DNA of 63,162 nt, counting the filler, from Octopus bimaculoides (lineage: Eukaryota), in NCBI RefSeq assembly GCF_001194135.2. It is 6 parts of 6 records of this genome, joined end to end, with 100 filler letters (N's around TTAATTAATTAA, not from the genome) between each part and the next. Parts side by side here need not be neighbours in the genome. Positions count along the whole stretch, not along the records: positions 32,432 to 46,565 come from NC_068984.1; positions 46,666 to 58,688 come from NC_068982.1; 4 more parts are not named here. One strand, written 5' to 3'. This document shows, one piece after another, positions 37,357-51,587 of this stretch. The translations under genes were made by a program, and so were the position numbers. How positions within the stretch are numbered: the first letter of the stretch is position 1; each line of letters begins with the position of its first letter. The notes under the pieces were generated by a model. It was not told the DNA's origin and did not search any database. It saw only the letters and a list, made by a program, of their open reading frames with translations.

Positions 37357-37449
37357 GTCTGTCTGTCTATCAATCTGTCTATCTATTTATCTATCTATTG
37401 ATCTATTTAGCTACCTGTATATCTATAGCTCTATATCTGTTTATATATA

Positions 37450-37487
<38 letters not shown>

Positions 37488-37509
37488 CGTGTGTATACAT
37501 ATACGTATG

Positions 37510-37562
<53 letters not shown>

Positions 37563-37615
37563 GGAGGGAGAGAGAGAGAGAGAGAGAGAGAGAAAGAAAC
37601 AGAGAGACAGAGAGA

Positions 37616-37645
<30 letters not shown>
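37262..37645. repeat. (ATCT)n, (TG)n, (TA)n and (GA)n compound microsatellite
   Basis: Seen directly. Confidence 0.95.
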
Positions 37646-37646
<1 letters not shown>

Positions 37647-39043
37647 GTGCATGCCTCTGTGCTCATTATTTTCAAATGTCCAGAAGCATATATGGATATA
37701 TAGATAATTTCAAACAGACACATATTTGCGCATACACATATATGCATACATAATCATACTTTATTTGATGTAAAAACTGATATTTAGATAACGTAATACA
37801 AGTATGATGGTGACGTCCGTAGGGTAAGACTTTAATTTTAATCGATGTGGTCAATTGCTATCATTGGCATAGCTATATTTATGTACGTGCCACCTTGCGA
37901 TTATCTGTATGTGATAAACCTTCAATCCTGCTAACATTTTCCTAGTATTCGGATTTTGTAATGACATTAGTAATTGATGATTCTACAAAGTCTCATTTAC
38001 ACTGTAACCCCTATTGGACAATGAATAATAATTTTGAGTATTTGATGTTAATGCCTGTGATAACATGCAGCTACATTTAAAATGAAGCTTTTAATTCCAT
38101 TCATAAATATTTTCAACTAACATTATGAAAGGCCCGCGACTATACGCTCGGTATTCGTTACAAGGCGTGATTTTGAACCCATTAATCGGCCCTAGAACAT
38201 GTTCTTTGTGAGCCTAGTACTTAACCTATCGGTCTCTTTTGTCGAACCGCTAGATTACAGGTGCGTAAACTCACCAACATGGTTGTCAAGTGATGGTGGC
38301 GGACACATACAGACACACAAACATATACATACATGTATATATATATATATATNNNNNNNNNNNNNNNNNNNNNNNNNNNNNNNNNNNNNNNNNNNNNNNN
38401 NNNNNNNNNNNNNNNNNNNNNNNNNNNNNNNNNNNNNNNNNNNNNNNNNNNNNNNNNNNNNNNNNNNNNNNNNNNNNNNNNNNNNNNNNNNNNNNNNNNN
38501 NNNNNNNNNNNNNNNNNNNNNNNNNNNNNNNNNNNNNNNNNNNNNNNNNNNNNNNNNNNNNNNNNNNNNNNNNNNNNNNNNNNNNNNNNNNNNNNNNNNN
38601 NNNNNNNNNNNNNNNNNNNNNNNNNNNNNNNNNNNNNNNNNNNNNNNNNNNNNNNNNNNNNNNNNNNNNNNNNNNNNNNNNNNNNNNNNNNNNNNNNNNN
38701 NNNNNNNNNNNNNNNNNNNNNNNNNNNNNNNNNNNNNNNNNNNNNNNNNNNNNNNNNNNNNNNNNNNNNNNNNNNNNNNNNNNNNNNNNNNNNNNNNNNN
38801 NNNNNNNNNNNNNNNNNNNNNNNNNNNNNNNNNNNNNNNNNNNNNNNNNNNNNNNNNNNNNNNNNNNNNNNNNNNNNNNNNNNNNNNNNNNNNNNNNNNN
38901 NNNNNNNNNNNNNNNNNNNNNNNNNNNNNNNNNNNNNNNNNNNNNNNNNNNNNNNNNNNNNNNNNNNNNNNNNNNNNNNNNNNNNNNNNNNNNNNNNNNN
39001 NNNNNNNNNNNNNNNNNNNNNNNNNNNNNNNNNNNNNNNNNNN

Positions 39044-39123
<80 letters not shown>

Positions 39124-39419
39124 AGGTTTGGAGGTGATGTACAGGTATTATATTATAGAAAAAAATTAAGGTACTCAGAAATCTGGATGGTTGTACATTT
39201 ACAGATTTTTATTATTGTCACATGTTTTATAAATAAAGCGCTTTTCACCTAATCTTGTAGGATTTTCAAATTATATATAGGTATATTTTGGTTGGAAACA
39301 GTAATCTTACTAAATATAGCATATAATGACTGTATTTTCTCTTGATATGACAAAATAACACCCTAAAACAAACCCTATAATAATTTCACTGAACATTATA
39401 TTATATCTTGTGGTTTTTG

Positions 39420-39800
39420 ATGGTATCCTTCGTGAAAGTACTATACCGCATTTTGGACAATATAATGCAGCTTTTCCAGGACAATGTGCACATCTTCTTG
39501 TGTTGCCCTGTCTCAGTCAGTGGCTATTTCCATTATAATGTTCACAGTTGATCGGAGAAGTTCCTTACCTGCCTTATTCTGAAGGAGTCCTATATTGTTT
39601 CTATATGGAAATGGCCAATTTGCGTCGAATTTGTAGGAGAGACGCCTTGTTATTTCTGGCTTGTTTTTTTTTCTTTTCCATAAAATCCACGAATTCACAA
39701 CGACAACATCAATGAAATAAATGAAAAATTGGCCACCACTACTTCTTCTGCCTACGGTAGGATGCGACCAATTGAGACCAATTATAACTATAACCTCACT
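39420..39800 (-). mobile_element. piggyBac-like transposase C-terminal relic
   Basis: FFIYFIDVVVVNSWILWK (cf. the piggyBac W..F.W.LD.A..NAW..Y motif), followed by RRCAHCPGKAALYCPKC (cysteine-rich domain). Confidence 0.65.
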
Positions 39801-41078
39801 ACTCATATATATTCAACTATCTCTATTCGAAGACAGAATGAAAAACTTTTGTTTTATACGATATATATCTAGGTTTTATAATGGGATATTTATTGAATAT
39901 GTTATATTTGTATTGAAGTTTATATTTCAAGAGAAACGTATATATCACATATATGACGTTTTTAATAGAGCATCTTAAAGGTTTTATCATTGCTCTATAG
40001 TATCGCATTAAATACACGATTAGGAAATGAAAGAGTGCATCTACATTGGTTCTGTCAACGTGATAAAAGTGCTTGCAAATAATTTATCAAATCATTTAAA
40101 ATAAGGTCAATACTCAAATATTGAAAAGCATAATTTATGAAATTAACTACTTTTGACTGAGTACATCATCTTTTATATATGAGAAGTGTAATATATTGAA
40201 TTGACTAAAATATATTAGTAATACTAATCTGATAATATTTGAAGAACGATATGGAAATTTCTGACAGATGTATATGAAACTTTGTATGGTGTGAAATCTT
40301 TCCTCTATAAATTCTAACAAAATATACCTCAATATCAGTAAAGTATATTAATATAAATATATATTATATATTTATTAAATGCAATAATTCAAATTCCGCA
40401 TTGACGTTTTTCATTTTGTCGTACACCATAACAAAATTGTAATAATGAAATCTGAATTATTTTGAAACTGAAGGGAAAAAATAACTCAGTGAGAATTTCT
40501 AAAACAACGGTAGAAAATTCCAGCAATATTATCTATCGATGTCAAATATGCTATTTATAAAGTAGAAACATAGAATGCATTATATTTCTTTCTTTGTGTA
40601 TCTGTGTGTGTGTGTACTTGCAAGCGTGTGTGTGCGTGCGTGTGTACATGTGTGTGCATTTTAGTATACCTTACAATTTGTATGCAATAACTTGGGATTT
40701 CAGATTTCTGCTTAATAAATGCTTCAATAACGAACATATGATGTTAATGATCTATACTTTTCAGCACTTAACCAACGAAATTTTCTTTATATTAAACAAG
40801 AGTGAAATAATTGTACGTTACATACATTCTTCTATTACTATTTTACATACACAGTGACGTCATCTCTACATTAGTTATATACTGGAGTGGGGTAGGATTT
40901 TACAGTTACCTAGAACAAATCACTAATTTTGAAATGTTTATTTCATGGGCACTTCCATTCACAAACTGTTTACAATATTTTAAAAGAAAACCGTGATCGA
41001 TTTTTCTCAATTCTTTTAATATTTACTGCTTTCAGCACATCAATTTCAGGAGTCAATTAGTAATTAAACGTTATATAC

Positions 41079-41190
41079 GGCGGCAAGCTGACAGGAATGT
41101 TAGCATGCTGAGCGGAGTGCTTAGTGGCATTTCGTCCGTCTTTACGTTCAAATTCCACCGAGGTCATACTTTCGGGGTCGATAAATCAAG
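41079..41190 (+). mobile_element. tRNA-derived SINE head (first family)
   Basis: ggcggcaagctgacaggaatgttagcatgc...acgttcaaattccaccgaggtc...ggggtcgataaat. Confidence 0.8.
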
Positions 41191-41219
41191 TAACAGTTGC
41201 ATATCTATATCTATATCTG

Positions 41220-41268
<49 letters not shown>

Positions 41269-41649
41269 CTCTATCTATCTATCTATCTATCTATCTAACT
41301 AACTAACTAACTATCTCTCTCTCTCTCTCTATATATATATANNNNNNNNNNNNNNNNNNNNNNNNNNNNNNNNNNNNNNNNNNNNNNNNNNNNNNNNNNN
41401 NNNNNNNNNNNNNNNNNNNNNNNNNNNNNNNNNNNNNNNNNNNNNNNNNNNNNNNNNNNNNNNNNNNNNNNNNNNNNNNNNNNNNNNNNNNNNNNNNNNN
41501 NNNNNNNNNNNNNNNNNNNNNNNNNNNNNNNNNNNNNNNNNNNNNNNNNNNNNNNNNNNNNNNNNNNNNNNNNNNNNNNGGGGTCGATTTGCTCGACTGA
41601 AGGTGGTGCTCCAGCATGGCTGCAGTCAAATGACTGAAACAAGTAAAAG

Positions 41650-42220
41650 AGTCACTGAAGTGTTCTTGTTAACACTTTCACCCTCCGCAAAAATCCCAAA
41701 TTTTATTTAATTTGCTTAGCGAGATGGACTGTTTCAACGAAATCGCGTATTGTCCTTACCTTCGAAACGCGGAGTAGATGAAACAAGGACAACTGAAGAA
41801 GGGGTATATACTTTATGTTGCATGTCTCATTTCTCTCTTTGTTTTTTTTCGTTTTTCGAAAAAAGTTCGTTTTCTATGTTTTCGTTTCTCATTGTGTTTA
41901 ACAATTTTTTTTATATCCTGTACCCATATATGCATGTATATATACATATATATATGTAGGCATGTACATATATGTATGTATATATGCATATATTTATATT
42001 ATTATATGATCGAATGCCACGCATCCTTTTCGAAGTACGTTTTGTCTTAATAACTACGATGCGCACTCTTCTTCTATCTCTCTCTCTATCTCTACTATCT
42101 TTTCTTAGTTTATCTCTCTCCCTCTCTTGTCCTTCATCCTTTCTGTTTTTCTCTCCCACCATTTCCCTATTCTTCTCCTCTCCCCTTCATCGTTCCCTCT
42201 TTCTCACTCTTCCTCCTTAA
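41650..42220 (+). mobile_element. Second copy of the 19745-20360 repeat, modules in permuted order
   Basis: The hammerhead-like block (41650-41920) precedes a TA tract and then the acgcatcc...gatgcgcact block (42005-42220). Confidence 0.6.
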
Positions 42221-44194
42221 GTAATAGATAGAACATACTTGGAAGTTTCGTAATATTGGTGGGAATTGTGTCGTCCCGTTTGACGAATAGCTGGCAAGAA
42301 TAATCTGCAACGTTTCCTATAACCTTTATGAATGAGAGTGACCATAAAATGCATGGACTGACACCTCTTGTATTGAATAGGCATACCCGTACACATAGTG
42401 AAACACTATATGCATGATGTTGTTAATATAGTTTTTCATTCCCAATAGTATAAGATACGTTTAGTTCAAAGAAATGATTTTTGGCTTCAGCCATCGTTCA
42501 ACACTTCTGTCAGCGCTTCGTTACGAAGTACCTCTTTCGAGAAAATATTTATTTAGTGTATTGAGTATCGTACACAAAGTGTACGATACTTAATTTAAAC
42601 AGCCAAATAATATGCCTAATTAAAATGAAACCAAGTAGTAGATGACATAATGAGTCCTTTGGAACAGAAAACTGAAAGAGTTTAAATTTTTGCAAAATAT
42701 TATGACTTCCCATTTTAAGCGCACTGATTATTGGATTGGATCACTTACGTGCAGCAAACAGTTAATAAATGTCGACCATTAATTACATGAAGGAAAATAA
42801 AAGTACAACAGTTACACGATGCAAGTATAATAATGCCTGTAAATGTGACAGTAATACCGAAATTATCAAATCAACAATTTAATAGTCAAACGTGATAACT
42901 TCAAGAAACGATAGCATGAAGCCCATGACAAGTTTACGAACATTCCAATTCTTTTCAATTTATTATTGCTTTATTTTATATTAAGACAATTTAAAGGACT
43001 TCTAGAATGTTTTAATGTTAGTAGTACATAACCAAAATCCATTTGCCGAATAATCGTAACTGGAATTTTCTTTTAATTTAAACATATACCCAATAAACTA
43101 ATTGCATGTTGAAATTCATTGCTTTGTGGTTAGCCTATTATTATTACTGCTCCAATATTACTAGATTATAATGCTGAAAGATATTGTCATTTGCATTCTT
43201 GCATAAATGTGAGTAATTAAATTAAAAGTGAATTAGTACAATAAAGACTTCCGATTTATAAACAATTAAATAAATTGAAATACTATGATGCAAATTGCAT
43301 AGTATCTTTGTTATCTTGTATACTCTACTCACATCTGATTATTACTTGATAGGCTTCGTAATTAATTGACATTTGTGTATAAAGCGTATCTCAAAAGGAG
43401 AAATGTTAGTATTCTTCCGTCTCAGTGTATTTGCTGACAAAGTACTACCAGTTAAAATTGGGTTGAACGCCTTTTGGATGTGCATTGCATATAAAGTGAG
43501 TTTTTTTTTCTCCCCATTGTTCCGTAATTCTTTTGATAGTTTACTCTTTGTTTACTTCTACTTTTCACAAAACTTTCGCATTCGTGGAAGTAATTCCTTG
43601 GCTGAAATTTCAAACGTTGTAGCATATCTCGTTGAATGTTTCTTCATGAATGGACGTGTAATTATTCCAAGGAGTATTCACGTCAGTTTAAAGCTAGTAT
43701 TTTAATATCTAAATGAAATGAAGCGTCGGAAAAAAAGACCTTACTTTTTTCCAAGAAACTGAACGACATGCTAGGGTTTAATTTAAGCTCGTGATTGGTT
43801 ATCCCCTACTATTACCCGCAAAATATTTCTACTAGATACCCATATATCATACCATACAAGTGTTTCTCTATCGACAGTGGATATTGATAAAGATTATTGC
43901 ATAATAATTGATAATATACAGAAACTAGAGTATAACTTTTCAGTTCTACCCTACAAATTTCCCTTTGCTTTTAAGAATTTATTAACATATATATTATAAT
44001 TATTTTGGAATGTTAAGGTTTTGAAAAATCAACAGAAGTGGCACAGTAATATGAGAAATGTTAGCAAATGGATCTAAAAGCAGCTCGAAATTTCTTTCAT
44101 TTTTTTCTATATTGTTTTCTTTATATATCTGCGAATTGACTTCATCTCACGTTCAACAATACTGTATCAAATTTACATTATTTACCTTATTTAA

Positions 44195-44447
44195 GGCATA
44201 TGGCGTAGTGGTTAAGAGCACTGGCTAAGATTCCGAGTTCGAGTCCAGGCTGTGACCTGAATAATAATAATAATAATAATTATATCGAAAAATACCTTAG
44301 GAATGAAAAGCCAAATTTGAAATTTCCCAAGACACCTGATGAAGGCTGGAGGGTATATGAGGGTATATGAGCCGAAAGATGGGGGCAAATATCCGTCAAA
44401 TGTAAATAATGTACATAATTCCTCATCTCTTAAATATAGAACTGTAT
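44195..44447 (+). mobile_element. tRNA-derived SINE carrying a partial hammerhead motif
   Basis: A box TGGCGTAGTGG 44201-44211, B box GTTCGAGTCC 44237-44246, (AAT)n, then ACAC-CTGATGA-A-GGCT...AGCC-GAAA at 44332-44377. Confidence 0.7.
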
Positions 44448-46412
44448 GTATCAATTTTGCATCACAAACACACAATTAAACTTAATAAGCTATGCATTAC
44501 GTTAATGATTTAGGGATGAGAAACAGAATAAAAATAATACTGGCACATAGAAGATATCTCTTTAATATGTAAGTGCTCAATGGCAATCAATGATGTTCTC
44601 TCGGTAATCTTCAATAAATTAAGGCTCATTTACATCAAATGGCCCAAACGTTCAGATGTATCTATACGTTTGTATAAAATTATCCAAAAAATAAAATGTA
44701 AACCTCCTTTAAAAAGAAAATACATTCTGTCCAAAGAAATTCAAGTAATTGAAGCCTTATCAGTCAGTACGCATTTAAGATTTTTTTGAACAAAAATGAT
44801 TTGCATCTAAAGTTGCCAAGAGAAATATACTGAATAGAGTGGTCTGCATTTACAGATATTGCATTCCTTTTATATATTCATATTTATGTATATAATAAAA
44901 TGCTTGTCCAATATCTGGGATATCTGCTTGTTACAACGAATAAATACAAGAGTGCTGATGACTAATATCAAATGGAACGCCAGGTGCACAAATTAAATTA
45001 CCTTGTAAAGCGTAGAACAAAGTTATTAAACTTTCACGAAGGCGTGGTTTTCACCTTTACATATTCTTTGTGACAGTATGGTCCATCTCTATAATTTAAG
45101 TTTCGCTCTTGTTCACCTAGAACGCACAATAATAATATGCTTTACTTTAACAGACAAATAGAAATATATGTTCCATGGAAATGGGACAATGTGTGCCGAC
45201 CATTTTGCACGGCTGTCTGGATGCTGAACATCTGTTGGTAACAGCTTATTTATATTTCGGCAATACTATCTAACAAGCAGTACCCGTTTAAATTCTTCGG
45301 TCAATACTTTGATTCATACTTTTTCCTTCTACATTCTACACGCTACTGTTCCTGTGCTTGTTCTAGTGATTCGACACGGCTTCTCTTTACGTCATTGATT
45401 CTACCAACTCTAAGTTTCTCTTGTTTCCTTCCATTACTTTCAGCACCACAAATACTAACACCACATCCATTATAGTTTTCAGTAACAAAGCTCAGTCAAA
45501 GTTGTTTTCCAACGAAGATTATTTTGACTTCATCGTCAGTTCAGCTGTTTGTTTATATCTAATTTTATTACTCTCGGTGTCTCTATCAAGTCTGGCATTA
45601 CAAAGTTCGTATAACAAAAGAGAAAAACATAACACCTTTAGATGTTTTGCTAAGTTATTTAACTTTCATTGAAAAATCTATCTTTGTATCAATGCTAAAT
45701 GTAATAGTCTCTCTAATATAAATTTATTCTCATATCTAATATATGTTTTATATGTTATTTAATATAAGCATTCTTTCCACATTCCAGCCTGCGATGCATT
45801 TGTCGATTTGAATAAAAATTTAAATAGAGCACCCGTTCAATATTTAAAAATTTCAAAATTAAAATGTTATTTTCCTGTCAGTCACAATAATATATGATGT
45901 TTAAACATTCTCTATATACTTCTCGTCCTTTTTCTCTCTACCGCTTGCTTCAACTAAAATCTTTAACCATGGTATTCCCCTTTTCATGTCGTCATATTTT
46001 CTCGCTTTCTGCATTTTTTCACGTCTCACTTCCCCTAATTATATGACAGCGTAACCACTGTCACATTCTCTCTGCCTCTCGCTCTTAATAAAACTGTCCT
46101 TCTCCCCCCCCCCATTTGCAGTCCTTTAACTTCATTACCAGAATATAACCCCTCATCTAAACATCGTATTTCTAACTCTCTTTCTCTATATCTCTCACCT
46201 CAAATAACATTTTTACCAGGTAATAATTATTACTGTTGGAAATATATGACATATGGATGAGTGATCTATAATAAGGGAATTTTAACAATTAGACGGGGAC
46301 GCATAATCCAAGATTTCAAGGCGATTGCAAACACACACACACCCACGTGCGTGTGTATGAACGTGTGAATGTGTCAGTGAGTATTTCTGTATATATAAGT
46401 GTGTGTGCGCGC

Positions 46413-46471
<59 letters not shown>

Positions 46472-46665
46472 CGTGTGTGTGTGTGTGTGTATGTATGTAT
46501 TGAGAAAAAAGTCGTCAGAATTTTGGAGACGTATCTTTTTTATTTCTTTATTATTATTAACGTTTNNNNNNNNNNNNNNNNNNNNNNNNNNNNNNNNNNN
46601 NNNNNNNNNTTAATTAATTAANNNNNNNNNNNNNNNNNNNNNNNNNNNNNNNNNNNNNNNNNNNN

Positions 46666-46729
<64 letters not shown>

Positions 46730-49634
46730 TACATATTAGCCGCTGTGATAGACAGGTAGGTTGTAATATACGACTAAAGATATTCTGTCTACAATATGAT
46801 ACTGAAGCTATTTTCATCACTAAGTTCATTTAAATCAGATTTATATTTTATACAGCAATTGTAGCACTGTCAGACAATAGGTGTTACAGTTCAGACTTCG
46901 ACATCTGTCAAAGATAACTTACTATTTCATTATTATGGAGAATATAATGGAACGTGGATCTAAAATGTCACACTAACTCCTACATTCGGTTAAATGTCAT
47001 GAAATAATAGAATTCCTGAGACCCCGGCTATACTCGTAGACTAGAGTACCTTATTGCATATATGTACGTCTAGCTGGGAAGTTAATGTGATAGAGGTCAG
47101 TCATTCTCTAAATAGTGTCCACTCAACAATCCGGTGCATCAAGCTGCAGCCAAGATTGAGTTGATTTTTTCTCCCTCCTCTTTTCATTTGTTATAAGTTC
47201 TCTTATATAGAACAGCGAAAGAGTGCAATTCAAATGTCCAGCAGAAAGAAGATGGAAGTGCTAGAGGAAGGCTTGACCTCTTCTTTAGCTTAATACATTA
47301 TATTATAAAGTGCGAACATTCATAAATGAAATGGATAAATATATTGGAAGATTATATTGCATTTCCGTATTGAGTAGAGAGCTGGAATCTCAGCATTTTG
47401 GCTGCATGTCACTTTTGAAAGTGAAATACAGTGATAAAATATTTCATTTACGAAGAATGTTCCCAGATAATCAATTATCTTCCACTGATAATTACATTAA
47501 CAGCATCTTTGATGATCATATAGAACACAACATAGCATAATATAAGTGAAGATAAGGAAAAATTGGTAAAACCAATCGGCGAGCCGAAGAATAAAACTAA
47601 CGTCTTCTACACGGTAGTGGGCAGTATAGGATAGAATTAAAACAGACCAACAAACAAATAAAACTACCACAAAATTATAGCACTAATTAAATATGAAACA
47701 AATAAATAAATGAATAAGTTTTAATTAGAAAAATCACCAAGGATATTTATTCTCTTGTGGCTCAGTTTGTTAATTAAGGAAACGATTTCGATTTTTCTTA
47801 AATGCGTTTGATGAGAAACATTATGAGCAAAATAACAGAAGACTTCGATTTAAAAGAAAAGCAAATCAGAAACAAATAGAAAATTATAAAAGAAAATTCT
47901 AAATTTATGACAGTAAAGAAAAGAATTCAAAATACTAACGTCACTGAATATGACTATAACTCATCTTTAACTTCAATCTTGCCTATTTGGAGATAATTTT
48001 CTAATCAATAATCCCTACAAGTAAAAACAAAATAAGAATATAAACACTGAAAGAATCAGTAGAAAAGTAGAAGGAAATTATAATTAAAAAGCCAGATAGA
48101 CTTAATGGAAAATTAAATGAATTAAAAGCAACACAGAAGAAAGAAAAATCGAAAGCTGGAGGTTAAAAGGATCATATTTGAAAACAGAGCTACACCTGAC
48201 ACATATAGACACAGATATATACACTTTCACACACTCAAATATGTGTGTGTATATGTGTGTATAGATAGACTGAGAGAGAGAGAGATGGGGAGGCACACAC
48301 ACACATTTGTACATACGTAAATTACATGCATACATTCATATTAACACATAAATAATCTTTAAAATTAAGACATGAAAAGACATTTTATACACGCTTACAC
48401 ACTTATACATATATACTCGTATATAAAACGCAGTGTATATATATAATTTTGTGTATGTGTATGTATATCTAAAATCCGACTAAAATTTCAGATATCTAAA
48501 ATTGATATAAATTATATTACATAGGATTGTTATGGTATCATTTACTTCAATAAAATTAAATTAATTATGCACCATCTATAATACTAAACTATTATTGTTT
48601 AACATCTCCAAACTTTTCATTATAAAGTGGATATTTATTATTCCCCAATTATTGAAAGTTCTTAATTTGATACAAACAAAATTAAAACTAATAAAATTAT
48701 AATTAGGAGAAAAGAAGAGAGTGAAAATATAACGTGTATGAATTTTGAACCGTTAAAAATATTTTCAAGCTCATTAAGAAGTCAACAAACGACTATAAGA
48801 AAAACATTAGAGAACTGCGGTTGTGGTGCCACCAGAAATGATTTTGTACTCGAAAAAAATTACTTTTCATCATAAACAAATTCGAAAAAGTATAGGTTTT
48901 AGCAATTACGCTTTTACCCTTTAACTGGTTCCAGAACCTTCAGGCGATAGCTATACTGGGGACACCGACGACGCCATGAAATTAATTGATTCTTATGAAA
49001 TTATTAATTAAAATTTTAGCTATATATTTACTTAAAAGACTAAAATAATGATGGAATAAATAGAATAATTGTGTTTTTTAACGAAAAATACGGTTAGAAG
49101 AATAAATACTTTCTTTTGTTAACATTCAATTAGTATTTCAGCTTTAATTTTCACGATATTTTCTGTAGGGTTATTTTGCTGTGTTTTGTTGTTTTAGACT
49201 CTGTTTTTTCTAGTTAGTATTTCAATAATGATGCTTTACTAATACATAATTATCTAATGCTCTTATAGAGTTGAATAATTATATTCATCATCTGCAGTCT
49301 TTTGTATCAACGTTGATAAGGTTCATTTGCTTGAATAGCCCATTATTTCAATAATGCACCGAGCAAGCTGCAGTTGTATGCTATACGTGCATACTCTTCT
49401 ACTATTTTAAATGGTTTTAGCCATCTGGCTGAAACAATGATGGGGCGCCATATATAAGTCATGGATCTCCGTCGGGTGCAACGATGACTTTTCTATTGTC
49501 CGATCAACTAAATTTATTTATTGTTCATTAAATTAGCGTTTAAATGGCTTAATATTCTACTGATTCGAGTACTGTTCTCTTAGATAATTGCCACGCACGC
49601 AAAATCAATGTGTGATAAGTGCGGACTTTTAAAT

Positions 49635-49790
49635 AAGGACTTCCACCTAAGTTTCTGTCTACCAAATTTCATTTACAAGGGCTGGATCGGTTCAAGGTTA
49701 TAGTATATGAAATTTGCCTAAGATGCCATTCAGCGGGAAACAACTCAAGGACCCGTTATTCGTAAACACACTTCTTAAGGAACATATATA
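49635..49790 (-). mobile_element. Diverged SINE head (second family)
   Basis: agtttctgtctaccaaatttcatttacaagggct... is the reverse complement of the ...gagtggatttggtagacggaaact block seen at 58360-58390. Confidence 0.55.
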
Positions 49791-51406
49791 AGCACATACA
49801 TAAATAAGTGTATACATATATGTAGATGAACAGATGTGAAATATATCAATTTATATTCACGTTCATATAGATAAACATTCACATGTAATTCAGATAAGTT
49901 CTAAGGTACTAAATAATGTACATAGAAAAATTCTAAATTAAATTACATCTGCTAGTTGCTGGGGAAAGAAACAAAAAAAAACACTAGTGACAGTTGTTAG
50001 TGAGTCTCAGAAAGAATGATATATAATTTCAAGAAATTAGAATTAATTTTACAGAAAATTGAATTTTCACGTTTAGGAGAAAAATCTGATCTTTGTTAGC
50101 AGACAACGGGACGGATATTGGGGTGTTTCCGTCTAAGAATAGTCTTATCAAGCGGAAAAAGAGTTACAGCGAGTTTTGAACAGAACATTTTGCATAATTG
50201 TAAAAAATTGAGACAAGGCAAAAAGTTCAAGTGGGCTAATGGCATTGATTTAAATATTTCAGGCAGGTGATGACATATTGAATAATACGTGCAAAAGATT
50301 CTAAATGAAATTAAATTTGGTTTTCCTTATCCAATGTGGAAGCATGTTTCAATTCATTGGGAACGCTTTGCATGCGTCATCTAGCACATCACCACTTTCC
50401 TGAATCATCTAATTTCATACAATTAGCACACTTGAGAAAATTCTTCAAATAATCTATGAATGGGAAACAGTGGTATATTGGGATAGATTCATTCAACTAT
50501 GCATTCTTCGCAAAAAAAGAAATCACTTTTGTGTGAAAGTTAGACATCAACATCAATTTTTCTTTTTTTTTGTTGGATTGATCGGGATTTATTGTGATAA
50601 CAATAATAGTTCTAACATTGATGGAGTGCCACAAGATTCTATAGGATGATTTGGTCGACTAAATGGAGCCCAGTATTTGTCTGGTAGATTTGGCTTCGGT
50701 GGGATTTTAATTCACAATATAAAGCATCATAACTAATACCACGGGGTATTTTGACCAATTTCTGCGACTCCACCACTTTGCAACCCTATTTATTTATTTA
50801 TTTCGAAATTTATTTTAAACGTCTGCGTTAAACAAGAGAGCCACGACAGATGTAGAACACACATTTAATACCCTATAATAGAATGTACTAGATTGAGGGA
50901 AAATATATAAATAGTTTTACTTTTCAATTTCGTGGTTACTTCCATGAATTGACAATATTAACTATTTTGTATTCTACTTAGGGTTTCTTTCAAGACTCTG
51001 ATTGGAATATAAAGTGCTTCCATTCTCCTCTTTGTCCGGGTATTGCCAAAATGTAGGTTTCTTTCCTATTACGCATTATCCCTAAAATTACTGACATTTG
51101 TTTAATCATTTTAGTATGACAAAAGATTAAGTTCACTAAGTTAGAATTTAAAAGTGACACCACAAGTTAATACCGTAGCATCTGCTACAATTCCAATATT
51201 CAAACCGAATTACTAAGAGTTTCACACTCACTCTCTACTTTCTAAGTTTAAATCCCACTGAGATGAATTTATTCTTTCTTTTCACATGAATTTATAAAAA
51301 CATGTACGAGGCTTGCTTTTGGATTAACTCTTAAGTGATTATAACTTGATTAAATGTGTTGCTTTGAAGCAATGCTATGCATGAATATTTTTCCAAACAT
51401 AAAGTT

Positions 51407-51587
51407 GGCAAACTGGAGAAATCGTTAGCACAACGGATGAAATGCTTAGTAGCATTTCGTCTGTCTTTACGTTCTGAGTTCAAATTCCACCGGAGTCGAC
51501 AAAATAAGTATGAACAAAACGCAGGGGTCGATCTAATCTCAACTTAGCTCCCATAACCCGCTGGCCCCGTGCCAAAATTTGAAACCG
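51407..51587 (+). mobile_element. tRNA-derived SINE (first family)
   Basis: aatcgttagcac...aaatgcttag...ttacgttctgagttcaaattcc...ggggtcgatctaat...gtgccaaaatttgaaacc. Confidence 0.85.

Noticed and set aside
44195-44250. tRNA gene
   Set aside because: A and B boxes are present but the anticodon arm is truncated and there is no acceptor stem; it is a SINE head.
45500-45545. Minus-strand CTGACGA...GAAA with a possible stem II
   Set aside because: No stem I and no properly placed NUH; chance match.
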